Shown here: one piece after another, positions 38,781-50,899 of the stretch
How the letters are laid out: every line of letters starts with the position of its first letter
Position numbering within the stretch: position 1 is the stretch's first letter
Origin: Hypanus sabinus
Taxonomy: Eukaryota
Direction of reading: 5' to 3'
Length of the DNA stretch: 64,000 nucleotides
NCBI RefSeq assembly: GCF_030144855.1
Contig: NC_082731.1
Coordinates: forward strand, 10,726,001 to 10,790,000
The notes under the pieces: model-generated
What the model saw: only the letters and a program-made list of their open reading frames with translations
Databases searched by the model: none
Told to the model about the DNA's origin: nothing
Position numbers and translations under genes: made by a program

Positions 38781-38985
38781 CACACGCAAAATGTTAGAGG
38801 AACTCAGCAGGACAGGCAGCATCAGCATCAATGGAAAAAAAACAGTACAGTCGATGTTTTGGGCCGAGATCATTCACCGGTGTCCTGTACACTTTTCCAT
38901 AGATGCTGCCTGGTCTGCTGAGCTCCTCCAGCATTTTGTGTGTGTGCTTAGATTTCCAGCATCAGTAGATTTTCTCTTCTGTGCT
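38781..38985. repeat. Palindromic short element (Penelope-terminus-derived hairpin family)
   Basis: CACACGCAAAATGTTAGAGGAACTCAGCAGGACAGGCAGCATC versus GATGCTGCCTGGTCTGCTGAGCTCCTCCAGCATTTTGTGTGTG. Confidence 0.8.
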
Positions 38986-40061
38986 TTAAAGTGAGTCTGC
39001 CGGCGCCAATATTGCCAATGCAGACAGATAGGTGAGAATGAAAGTGGCTGTGGGTAATTAGCCTTGAACATAGATTCCCTTTACATGGTAGTGGGTGACG
39101 GAGATAGACGAGATTATAAAAACGTAATGATGTGAAATACACCCAAAAACTAAGGGACAATCAAAATATCATCAGATGCTTCAATTTACTTTTCATGCAA
39201 TTAAGAATCTTAAATATATTGCATGGGTTGCAATGGACTAAATGAGTGTTGACAGCCATTGTTAGAGAAAGGAAAATGTGGGAAGACTGTAGATTTTTGA
39301 ATGTAGATGTGAAATGCGAAAACATTGAGATGAATCTTGTGAAAAAAGATAATGTGACTAAAAGTTAAAGAATTAAAAAGCAGAGGAAGAACAGGCAAAG
39401 GATGGCAGTGTCTACCTCTGTTTTAAAACAAATAATTAGCACCAGATTCTGAAGATGAACCGGGCACTGTACCCCTGCCTTCTATTTGTACTGTTTCAAC
39501 AAGGACATGCCAAATTTTGCCTCTTGATTACTTGGTGAGGCCGGCATCAGCCTGCATCCTGCCACAGGTGCCTATTCCTAACAGCACTACAGGAGATGGG
39601 ACGCAAAGCGATGCAGAGGGGATGAGCGAACTGTTACTTCAAATGTACCTTGAACTGATGTACTTCCCAATGGAGCTGAAAGAAAATGCGTCCCTCACTG
39701 TAGATTACAGTGTCCGCTAGGAGACAATAGTGTAAATTAATGTGTGGAACGTGTGTATATATTTTTTTCAAATGTATTCCCGATGGTTCCAGAAGTAAGG
39801 AAGCCGGTCCTAACAAAACTCCCTTCAACAACTATGTGCAAGGACCCATAAGAAGTAGAGCTGTAAACCAATACTTTGAAAACGAAATAAAGTTTGAAGA
39901 GCTTACAGCAGTATATCTACCCTACTGCTAGAATAATCTGTTTTAATACTAGTCAAAGCCGAAAAAAGAATTTGAACAAGCTTGAGTATGTAGATAAACT
40001 TGAGCATGTAGAAATTAACAAAGAGGATGGGCTGGAGCTTTTGAAAAGCATCAAGTTGGAA

Positions 40062-40680
40062 TTCTCGCAGTTCATCCATCTCTGCCGCGTCTGCTGTCAG
40101 GATGAGGCTTTTCATTTCAGGATGAAGGAAATGTCTTTTTTAAAGGCTTCTCTTTCTCCACCATCAACTCTGCTATCACACGCATCTCTCCCTTTCCGCA
40201 CACATCTGCTCTCACCCCGTCCTCCAGCCACCCACTAGGGATAGGGATCCCCTGGTCCTCACCGATCACCCCACTAGCCTCCGGGTCCAACATATAATTC
40301 TCCGTAACTTCCATCACCTCCAACGGGATCCTACCACCAAGCACAGCTTTCCTCCTCCCCCGCTTTCTGCTTTCCGCAGGGATCGCTCCCTACGTGACTC
40401 CCTTGTCCATTCCTTCCCCCAAACCCTTCCTATCAAAATCCCTCCTGACACTTATCCTTGTAAGCAGAACAAGTGCAACACCTGCCCTTAAACTTCCTCT
40501 CTCACCACCATTCAGTGCCACAGATTGTCCTTCCAGTTGAGGTGACACTTCACCTGTGATATATTGCATCCGGTGCTCCTGGTGCGGCCTTCTATATATT
40601 GGTGAGACTTGACGCAGACTGGGAGGCTATTTCGCTGAACACCTACGATTTGTTTGCCAGAGAAAGCAGGATTTCCCAGA
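40062..40680 (+). mobile_element. Penelope-like element 3' fragment with GIY-YIG endonuclease
   Basis: IYCIRCSWCGLLYIGET*RRLGGYFAEHLRFV at ~40560-40650; SQFIHLCRVCCQDEAFH RT-linker upstream. Confidence 0.82.
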
Positions 40681-41699
40681 TTTATTGATCCTATTTGTAA
40701 AACATACAACTTGTGTTTTAGTTACTGAAAGCTTAAAACCCCATTTATTTGACCACTGGTTATCCTTATTATTTGCTAATACTTGATTAGCCACAGGATT
40801 AAAGTGTATGGGGAATAGGCAAGGGAATTGGGATGACTGGAAGAATTGGATCAGCCATGATTGAATGGCAGACCAGAGTCAATGGGCTGATTGGCGTACT
40901 TCTACTCCAATATCTTATGGTTTTATATAGGAAAATGATCATTTCCAATTATTTGATCACCCACTCACACCAGCCAGAATGTTCGAAACTAAAGGTAAAC
41001 ATATAGCAGTTTCAGAACTGTTATAAATGTTTAGTTTCATGCCCCTCCCATCATTAAGACACAAAGATGTAAAATATCTAAAAATTCTTCTACAATCAAA
41101 CCATTACCATTATTCTGCAAACAACCTCACAGTGAACTATCTGGATTAAAATCCCCACACCATTCGACCCTTAGTAAGCTAAAGCTACATGTGCTTTCCA
41201 ACAAAATTGAGGGCTTTTCATAAGGGTTATAAGAATTTACCACTTTAATGCCCCTTCCGTTTGAATCAAATATGTCCACTCCATTCCTCATACATTTAAA
41301 ATACGTCCACAACTCTATGTCCTATAACTTTCCTTATAAATCTGTAAAACTACCCCTCTTACCAACTAGACTATCATGCCTAATAATCCTGCAAGAGAAG
41401 GAAACTGAAATGTCGTAACAACCAGGTTTCCTGAATACATTTGGTAAATGTGATAACTCAGAAATAACTTGTTTTAAAGACTGAACTATTGGAAATCAGA
41501 CTTCTCGCATTCTATTGCAATATTCGTATGCCCGTTATGTACCTTCACAAGGAGACTGAAATACAGATACCCCACCCATCAGAGCTTCATTTACAGCTTC
41601 CCACATAACACCAGTTATACCCGATACTTTTCATGCAGTTTTCACAATAATTTAAATGTTCTCAGTATGACTAGATGCTTAACAACTGCAATTAAACAC

Positions 41700-42215
41700 A
41701 TCTGCTGAGCATTTATAAGGCACTGGTGAGGCCGCACCTTGAGTATTGTGAACAGTTCATCTTAGAAGGGATATGCTCTGGGTCTGTACTCACTGGAATT
41801 CAGAAGGGTGGTGGGGGGGGGGGATCTCATGGAAACCTTATAAATATTGAAAAGCCTTGACAGAATAGATGTGGAAAGGATGCTTCCCATGGTGGGAGAG
41901 TCTAGGACAGGAGAGCACAGCCTCATGATAGAGGGGCACCCTTTCAAATCAGAGATGTGGATAAATTCCTTTAGCCAAAGGGTGGTGAATTTGTGGAATT
42001 TGTTGCATCGGCAGCTGTGGAGGCCAGGTTGCTGGCTGTATTTAAGGCAGAGTTTGGTAGGTTCTTGATTGGACATGGCGTCCAGGGTTACGGGGAGAAG
42101 GCTGGGAACTGGGTTTGAGGAGGAGAAAAAAAGGTCAGCCATGATTGAATGGCACAGCAGAACTGATGGGCCAAATGGCCTAATTCTGTTCCTGTGTCTT
42201 ACAGTTATGAACATC
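41700..42215 (+). mobile_element. CR1 3' fragment
   Basis: KSLDRIDVERMLPMVGESRTGEHSL...NSFSQRVVNLWN and CR1 3' UTR. Confidence 0.75.
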
Positions 42216-42296
42216 ACAAACTTCATTTTATCAACTAGTAAAATATCTTTAGTAAGAGAAGCATGATGTTGACAAATAGCCACTGACTTACATTCT

Positions 42297-42457
42297 GTAC
42301 ACAACGCTGGTGGAACTCAGCAGGTCAGGCAGCATCCGTGAGAAAAGAGTAGCCAAAGTTTCGGGCCGAGAGCCTTCATCAGGAAAGGCCTGAAACGTTG
42401 GCTACTCTTTTCTCATGGATGCTGCCTGACCTGCTGACTTCCTCCAGCGTTGTGTAC
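42297..42457. repeat. Near-perfect 71-bp-arm hairpin with hammerhead-core-like loop
   Basis: Arms 42297-42367 and 42387-42457 match 66/71; 19-nt loop; minus strand reads CTGATGA-AGGCTCTCGGCCC-GAAAC. Confidence 0.88.
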
Positions 42458-42499
42458 GTATTCTTTGATCCACAGCATCTGCAGTTGTATTTTTGTGTT

Positions 42500-43150
42500 T
42501 TGACTTCACATTCTGTTCTCTGACTGGTAATACTTTATCAGCATTTGGTTTGAATTTTGCCTCAGCCTCTGCATAAGTTACACCTAACTGTACTTCAGCT
42601 TGTTGAAATTCAGCTGCCTGCCTAAACACTTCCATCCTCTATAAGCTGTACTATGGTCTCCTCTGCATTTACAATGATTAATCTTCATGCCTTCATGATC
42701 TTAATGCTTATCTTCCCCACCACACTTTCTACATTTTAGATTCCCAAGACATACAGCCGCAACATGCCCAAACCTCTGACATTTGTAACATCTAAGTCGG
42801 GGTGAAATATAAACTCGTACATTATAACTAATACAACCCAAACTAACTTTATCAGGGAACTTCACTTCATCAAAACAGATCAATATAGATAAACTATTCA
42901 TCCCTCCCCTTTTCTGACTACTTGCAATCTCTTTACCTCCTTAACCATGCATCCCATTAAATGAAATTGGCCACATCTATCAAAACCTCCAGTGGAACAT
43001 CTGTTATAACACACATAACAACTCTACTTTGATTAGGCAACATAGATACTATCTGTTTGTCAAGTAAAGTTTTCAATCACAATGCTTTTTTAATCCTGAC
43101 AAACAATTAACACCTTCCCTCCGTTTAAAGTACAACACAATTTATTTTCC
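42500..43150 (-). mobile_element. I/Nimb-like LINE ORF1 fragment with CCHC knuckles
   Basis: PDKVSLGCISYNVRVYISPRLRCYKCQRFGHVAAVCLGNLKCRKCGGE. Confidence 0.65.
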
Positions 43151-43339
43151 CATGGCTGATTTTCAGTTGCTCAAAAACCCGAGAAGCTTAACCCTCTATG
43201 GCAAGCCACAGAGCTCATATCAGCGCTCGGGCTAAGGCAACCATGATAACAGTTTTCACCGTACCAGCACCATAGACTTCGCAGTTGTGAATGATAAACA
43301 CAAGAGGAACTGCGGGTTCTGGAAATCCAGAGGATTTTC

Positions 43340-44510
43340 TTTAGAAGCAAGAGGCTTAGATTAGAAGACTGAAGCATCGCGGAGAGAAGGTCGTTATTTT
43401 TTTAACTGATCAGCGAAAAAAGGCTGACTGTGCAGGCGCATGACGCAGGGCGCCGAGGTTTAAAAGGGAGAGAAAAACTTCCAACATTCTTTTCAATGGA
43501 AGCAAAAGGCTTAGAGTGGAAGAGTGAAGCATCGCGGAGGGAAGATCATTTTCTCTTTTCTTTAACTGACCGGGGAAAAGAGGCTAGACTGTGCAGGCGC
43601 GTGACGTAGCGCGCCGGGGTTTAAAAGAAAGACCGCCATATACAGCGGCTGTCTTTGTAGCAGACATCTTCGGAGTGGGACGGCTTTGGCTCAATCAGGC
43701 TTCGGCGAGAAACTGGCAGGGGCCTGTTCAGGTAAGTTTCTGTTTTTCTTCTTTTTTGTTTTGTTCAGACTAGAGAATATGCCAAGCACGATGTTGGAAT
43801 GCTCCTCTTGCATGATGTGGGAAGTCAGGGAGACCTCTCCGGTCTCCCTGACAATGATACCTGCAAGAAGTGCATCCAGCTGCAGCTCCTAACAGACTGT
43901 GTTAGGGAACTGCAGGAGCTGGATGACCTCGGGATCATTCGGGAGACTGAGCAGTTTATAGATAGTAGCTTCCGGGAGGTAGTTACACCTAAGGAACAGG
44001 GCACAGGTAATTGGGTTACCGTTCAGGCGAGGGAAGGGGAATGAAGAGGTAGTGCAGGGTTCCCCTGTGGCCATTCCCCTCCAAAACAGGTATACAGATT
44101 TGGATACTGTTGGGGGGGGGGGGTGTTGGATGTCTTACCTGAGATAAGCTGCAGCAGGCGGATCTCTGGCACTGAGTCTGGTTCTGCAGTACCGAAGGGA
44201 AGGAGGAAGAGGAGAGTGGTAGTGATAGGGGACTCCACAGGAGAATCTGTGGTCAAGACACCCTGATGGTTTGTTGCCTCCCGGGTCCCAGGGTCAGAGA
44301 TGTCTCTGATCGCGTGCACAACATTCTGAAGTGGGAGCGTAATCAGCCAGATGTTGTAGTACACATCTGTACCAATGACATAGTAGAAAGAGTCAGGAGG
44401 TCCTGAAGAGTGCGTACAGAGAGTCTTTTAGGAAGTTGAAACACAGGACTTCAAGGGTAGTAATCTCCGGAAGGTGTCCTGAATGCTAGGGAGGGAGGCT
44501 TGTGCCCATT
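43340..44510 (+). mobile_element. CR1 5' end (duplicated 5' UTR unit and ORF1), 3'-truncated
   Basis: LECSSCMMWEVR...CKKCIQLQLLTDCVRELQELDDLGIIRETE...WVTV and RGVVVIGDS esterase motif. Confidence 0.78.
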
Positions 44511-44935
44511 ATGGAAATGGCAGAGTTTACAGCTTAAGGCTGCTTTTCTTTTCTTTCTTTTTCAATCTTTTTATTGATTTTCATATATACACAAAAAAAA
44601 ACATAACATAATAATGAGTAAATTATGAATACAATAGACTTGAAATCACGTTGATAATAAGATAACAATATCCTATTAAACATCAACAGAACAAAATACC
44701 TTAATCAATCAAGTCCATATGATTATATATGAAAAAAAAACAAAAATAACCATTAAAAAAGAGAAAAAAAATTTTTGAAAATATGTGAAAAAAAGTATAT
44801 ATTAAGAAAAATAAAACACTAAACTAAACTAACATGGGCAATAATTATAGTTTACAAGTATATGATAGTGTCAACAAACTCTGGAACTCCATACCTGAAC
44901 ATGAATAAGCAGAAAGAAAGTCTGGAAAAGGCCAA

Positions 44936-47900
44936 ATTAATTCATATGAAAATGTCAAATAAACGGTCTCCAAGTTTCTTCAAATTTAATTGATGAGTCA
45001 AAAATAGTGCTTCTAATTTTTTCCAGGCTCAGATAAGAAATAGTTTGAGAAAGCTATTGAAACGTGGTAGGAGGATTTACTTCTTTCCAATTTTGTAATA
45101 TAGACCTTCTGGCCATTAATGTTACAAAAGCAATCATTCGTCTGATTGAAGGGGAAAACTGATTACCATCTTCATTTGGTATGCCAAAAATTGCAGTAAT
45201 AAAATGAGGTTGTAAATCTATATTCCAAATTGAGGAAATAGTAGTAAATATGTCCTTCCAGTAATTATGTAAAGTGGGACATGACCAAAACATATGGGTC
45301 AATGAGGCCACTTCTGAATGACATCTGTCACATTGAGGGTTAATATGAGAATAGAATCGAGCAAGTTTATCTTTAGACATATGAGCTCTATGTACAATTT
45401 TAAATTGTATTAAAGCATGTTTAGCACATATAGAAGAAGAATTAACCATTTGCAAAATTTTTTCCCATTTATCTGTTGATATATTATATCGAAGTTCTTT
45501 TTCCCATTCTTGTTTAATTCTAACTGATATTTCTGGTTGTATCTTCATAATCATATTATAAATAAAAGCTACTAATCCCTTCTGACAAGGATTTAAGGTA
45601 AAAATCAAATCTGTAAAGTCCACCAAAGTTGAATTAGGAAAAGATGGTAAAACTTTATGTAAGAAATTTCTAATTTGTAAATATCTGAAAAAATTAGATT
45701 TAGGTAATCCAAATTTGTTGGAAAGTTGGTCAAATGACATCAAAGTATCTTCAGAAAAGAGATCACCAAAAGATTTTATACCTTTCCTTTTCCATATGTT
45801 AAAAGCTTGATCTGTCCAAGAGGGTTTGAAAAAGAAATTAAGTAAGATAGGGCTATCAAGAACAAAGTTTTTCAAAGTAAAAAACTTACAAAATTGAAAC
45901 CAAATTCATAATGTATGTTTAATAACAGGAATAGATATTTGTTTATTAAATTTAACTAAATCAGCAGGAAGACAAGAACCAAGAACAGAGAATAGAGAAT
46001 ATCCCTTTACCTCATTACATTCCAAATTTACCCACTGTGGGCACAGTGGTGAATCCAAATCTAGTTTCCAGTACATTAAATTACGAATATTATTTGCCCA
46101 ATAATAAAATCTAAAATTGGGTAAAGCTAAACCACCATCTTTTTTAGATTTTTGTAATTGCTTTTTACTTAACCTAGGGTTTTTATTTTGCCACACAAAT
46201 GAGGAAATTTTTGAATCAATGTTATCAAAAAAAGATTTAGAAATAAAAACTGGTAGGTCTTGAAATAAGTATAAAAATTTCGGTAAAATCATCATTTTAA
46301 TAGCATTAATCCGACCAATTAATGATAAAAACAAAGGAGACCATCTTGTAGTAAGTTGATGAATTTGATGAAGCATAGGTAAAAAATTCAGTCTAAATAA
46401 ATCTTTATATTTCTTAGTAATTTTTATACCTAAATAGGTAAAGTTATCAGTAACAACTTTAAATGGTATCCTATCACTCAATAAAGTTTGTGCATTTAAA
46501 GGAAATAATTCACTCTTATCTAAATTTAGTTTATAACCAGAAAAAGTACCAAATTGAACCAACAAGGATAAAATAGCGGGAATAGACCTATCAGGGTCAG
46601 AAATATATAACAGCAAATCATCAGCATAAAGTGATAATTTGTATAACTTCTCATTACGGGTAATACCAAAAATATTAGGAGATTCACGAATAGCAATAGC
46701 TAAAGGTTCTAATGCAATATTAAATAATAAAGGACTTAAGGGACAGCCTTGTCTCGTACCACGAGATAATTGAAAAAAAGAGGATCTATATTTATTTGTA
46801 AGAACAGAAGCAACAGTTTTATGATATATTAATTTAATCCATGATATAAAGTTAGGACTAAAATTAAAATTTCTCAATGTATTAAATAAATATATCCATT
46901 CAACTCTATCAAAAGCTTTTTCAGCATCTAATGAAATAACACATTCTGGGATTGTGGGTGGTGAAGTATGAATTATATTAATCAATTTTCTAACATTAAA
47001 AAGGTATACCGATTCCTCATAAAACCAGTTTGATCTTCTGAAATAATCTGTGATAGTACTTTTTCTAATCTAATAGCTAAAATTTTTGTAAGAATCTTAG
47101 AATCTACATTTAATAGTGATATAGGGCGATAAGATGTACATAAAGTAGGATCTTTATCTTTTTTAAGAATTAGAGAGATATTAGCTTCATAAAAAGATTG
47201 AGGTAATCTCTTCTTAGCAAACGCATCATTAAAAAATTCACATAACCAAGGAGAGAGCAAAGAAGAAAAAGTTTTAAAAAATTCTACTATATAACCATCA
47301 GGACCAGGAGCTTTCCCTGAATTCATTGATGAGATAGCCTCTCCTATTTCCACCATAGAAATAGGAGCATCTAACAGGCTATGGTCTTCATCAATCAGTT
47401 TAGGAATATTCAAATTGTTAAAAAAATTATCTATCATGGACTGGTCACCATCAAATTCTGATTGATATAAAGATTTATAAAAATCTTGAAAGGTATTATT
47501 AATTTCTTTATGATCAGTAGTTAAATTACCGTCTTGTTTGCGAATTTTAATAATTTGTCGCTTAGTCGAGATAGCTTTTAATTGATTAGCTAACAGTTTA
47601 CCAGTACGATCACTGTGAATATAGAATTGAGCCCTGGTCCTAAATAATTGATTTTCAATTGAAGAAGATAATAGTAAACTATGTTCCATTTGAAGCTCAA
47701 CTCTCTTCTTATAAAGTTCTTTGGTAGGAGTCACGGAATAAATCTTATCAATTTCCTTGATTTTATCCACTAATAAAGCAATATCTAAATATCTTGGTTT
47801 TCTTTTACCAGCAGAATATGAGATAATTTGTCCACGAATAAAAGCCTTAAAAGAGTCCCAAAGTATTCCTCTGTCGATTTCTTCAGTACAGTTTGTTGAG

Positions 47901-48724
47901 AAGAACAAGTCAATTTGCTGTTTTATATAGGTGATAAATTCTGGGTCTTGAAGCAAAGTAGCGTTAAGCCTCCAAGATCTGATATTATTGGAATAGTCCG
48001 AAATCTTAATAGATAACTTCAAAGGTGCATGATCCGAAATAGTAATAGAATCATATTTACAATCAATAACATCCGTTAATAACCGATGATCAATAAGAAA
48101 ATAGTCAATTCTAGAATAGCTATGATATACATGTGAAAAAAATGAAAATTCTTTATCTTTAGGGTTCAAAAACCGCCATATTTCTGTAATTCCCGAGTCA
48201 ACCATAAATGAATTAATAAGTAGGGCTGATCTGTTCGGAAGAGTACAAATAGGTTTAGATCTATCCATCGAAGGATTCAAACAACAATTAAAATCTCCAC
48301 CCATTATCAACATATATTCATTTAGATTAGGAAGGGAAGTAAATAAACGTTTAAAAAATTCAGGGCAGTCAAAGTTTGGAGCATAAATATTAACTAGAAC
48401 AACTTTCCGATGGAAAAGTAAGCCAGTTATCAACAAAAGTCTACCCTGTGGGTCAGAGATAATTTCATGATGTGTAAACGATATTGAGGGGTCTATAAAA
48501 ATAGACACACCCCTAATTTTAGCGGTACAATTCGAGTGAAATTGTTGACCCTTCCAGAACCTAAAAAAACGTTGATTATCCTCCCTCCTGATATGGGTCG
48601 CCTGTGCAAAGATAATATTAGCATTCAGTCTATGGAATACTTTAAATATTTTTTTACGTTTAATCGGATGATTTAAACCATTAGTATTCCAGGAGATAAA
48701 GTTAACAGATTTATCCATCATACT
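44936..48724 (-). pseudogene. L1 ORF2 (APE endonuclease, RT, C-terminal region), disrupted
   Basis: SWNTNGLN, MGGDFN, YSRIDYF, SDHAP, YRPISLLNVD, RGTRQGCPLSP, LYADD; -1 frameshift in a T-run near 47000, in-frame TGA at 45906-45908, TAG at 45054-45056. Confidence 0.88.
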
Positions 48725-49659
48725 AATATTAGTTGTGTGTATCATAAAAGGTTAGAAAGACACATAACCCACAATTCAGGAAGGAGGAAAATTGATTCAG
48801 GAGCAACCGGAGAACATGACACCTCAACAATATTAATAATTTAAAGTCGGCCCATAAACTAAAAGCAAAAAAATAAAAAGCAAAAGCGTGAAAAAAGATT
48901 CCTACCCCCTCCCCCCACCCTTCGAAAGAAAGCCAAGTGGCAGGCGCATAATCTAATACTAATATTACCCCCATTTCAAGATGGCAGCTCTATAAAAAGA
49001 TTAAAAGAAAACTATATAACACCCAAATTAAGATATAGAGTTGCAAAAAAATATATATATATCAATCAGAATAAAAGAAAACTAATATAATAAAACAAAC
49101 TATCATTAATAAAAAAAAGTATAAACATCAAAATTTAAAAGTGTAATATACCTTTAAAAAAAATCCCATGTTCAAATACAAGATGACGTTTCAAAAGCAA
49201 AGACTTATGGGAAGAAGAAACACCATTTTGAAAAAGCCATATTACTAAATACAAATGTGAGTTCAGCAATCTATTAAAAGACAAAATAAGATTTAAAAAA
49301 AGGGATATAATAAACAGTACAATATATATATAAAAAAACCAAAAATCCAAAACATTCGTCCCATATCTGAGTACAGGCAAACAAATAAATGCTTACAAAA
49401 AACAGAATCTTACGGGATAAAGGAACGACGTCTTAAAAAAAAAGTAAATCTTTATTACAAAATATAAACGTATATAACCAAAACAGAAAGAAAAAAAAGA
49501 TATTATAAAAATTAAAAAGAACATCTATAAACAATGATGATAGTAAAAAAAAAACCAGACCCATAGATCAAAATAAAAAGTTATAACCCAGCTTCATAGG
49601 TTAAAACTTAAAATAGAAAGATATCCTCTCTCCGAAAAATCTTCCACTTAACACATAGT

Positions 49660-50496
49660 TCAAGTTACAGTAGAAGGTCGAAATTCTTCAACAAATTTCT
49701 TCGCTTCTTCCGGAGTGTTAAAAATTTGCTGACTGTTGTCGCTCAGCGTAATTCTAAGCTTCGCTGGATACATTAAAACTTGTTTAAGTCCAATCGAATA
49801 AATCTCTGCCATCACTGGTTTAAAAGCGATTCTGGCTCTCATAACCTCATAAGAATAATCCTCAATAATTCGAAATTTGAAGTTAGTGTAAGAAATCATA
49901 CATTTTTTAGGAGCTAATCGAATTAAAAGCTCTTTCTCATGAGGATAATGAAGGCGAACAATCACCGCTCGTGGTTTATCAGTCGTAGACGAAAACCTCG
50001 CAACTCTGTGAGCACGGTCAATAACAGGTTTAGTTTGCAAACCTTCATCACCGAAAATTTCCCACAGTAATTTAGAGAAAAATTCAGTTAAATCACCGGA
50101 CTCAACTCTTTCGGGAAACCCGATAATTCGCAAATTCTGTCTACGAGATCGATTTTCAAGATCAGTAATTTTAAACTTATACTGATCTACAGTTTTAAGA
50201 GTCGATTGTACCTTCTTATCCAAGACTTCAATTGTACGTACTTTTTCAACAATTAATTTTTCAAGAGTCGTCAACTTATCTTCATGCCGCTGAATATCCG
50301 ATGCCTGCGACTGAAGCTTAGTATCAAGCGATCTAACAACTCCTTCAAGTTCAGACATTTTCGTGGTAAGCTTGTTTTCCAAACTTGCCATTTTACTTTC
50401 CATCTTGCTTTCCAAACTTGCAAGTTTAGTGTCCAGAAGATTAGAAATTGCATCGATAGATAAAGGCTCCTTAGACGATTTCTTACTTGTAGCCAT
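49660..50496 (-). CDS. L1 ORF1 (RNA-binding, transposase-22-like), intact 278 aa
   Basis: Coiled-coil N-terminus, then DLENRSRRQNLRIIGFPE, IDRAHR, PRAVIVRLH, LMYPAKLRI. Confidence 0.9.
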   Translation of the reverse strand: MATSKKSSKEPLSIDAISNLLDTKLASLESKMESKMASLENKLTTKMSELEGVVRSLDTKLQSQASDIQRHEDKLTTLEKLIVEKVRTIEVLDKKVQSTLKTVDQYKFKITDLENRSRRQNLRIIGFPERVESGDLTEFFSKLLWEIFGDEGLQTKPVIDRAHRVARFSSTTDKPRAVIVRLHYPHEKELLIRLAPKKCMISYTNFKFRIIEDYSYEVMRARIAFKPVMAEIYSIGLKQVLMYPAKLRITLSDNSQQIFNTPEEAKKFVEEFRPSTVT

Positions 50497-50899
50497 TTTA
50501 AGTTCGACAAAGTTAGATCAAATATAGTTGTAGGGAAAAAAAAGTCAATCGAAAATATCAACTCATTTGATTAAATTCGAAAAGATTTGATTAAAGGGTG
50601 ATTATAGTTAAAAAAGTGAAGAGCGCCTAAAAGGCAGATGTTTACGTCGCCATCTTGAAACTCCACCCCAAGGCAGCTTTTTCCAACCCTGTGAAGTGGC
50701 TCCTCCGTACCAGATGGTGATGAAACCAGTTAGAATGGGCTCCACATTACATTTTTCATTTTTAGAATCCTTTTCTTGGTACATAATCTTCTACAGCTAT
50801 AAAATGATACAAGACTTCAACAAATTGATATATCTACAATTAATAAAGCTGAGGAAAATAAAAGCTGATCGTAATATATGAAAATGAAAAAAATATATA

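Larger units (their letters stand above)
44548..50669 (-). mobile_element. Full-length L1 (6.1 kb) with TSD
   Basis: 5' end GGGGTGGAGTTTCAAGATGGCG; ORF1, spacer, ORF2, T-rich tail; flanks AAGGCTGCTTTT (44536-44547) and AAGGCAGCTTTT (50670-50681). Confidence 0.9.
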
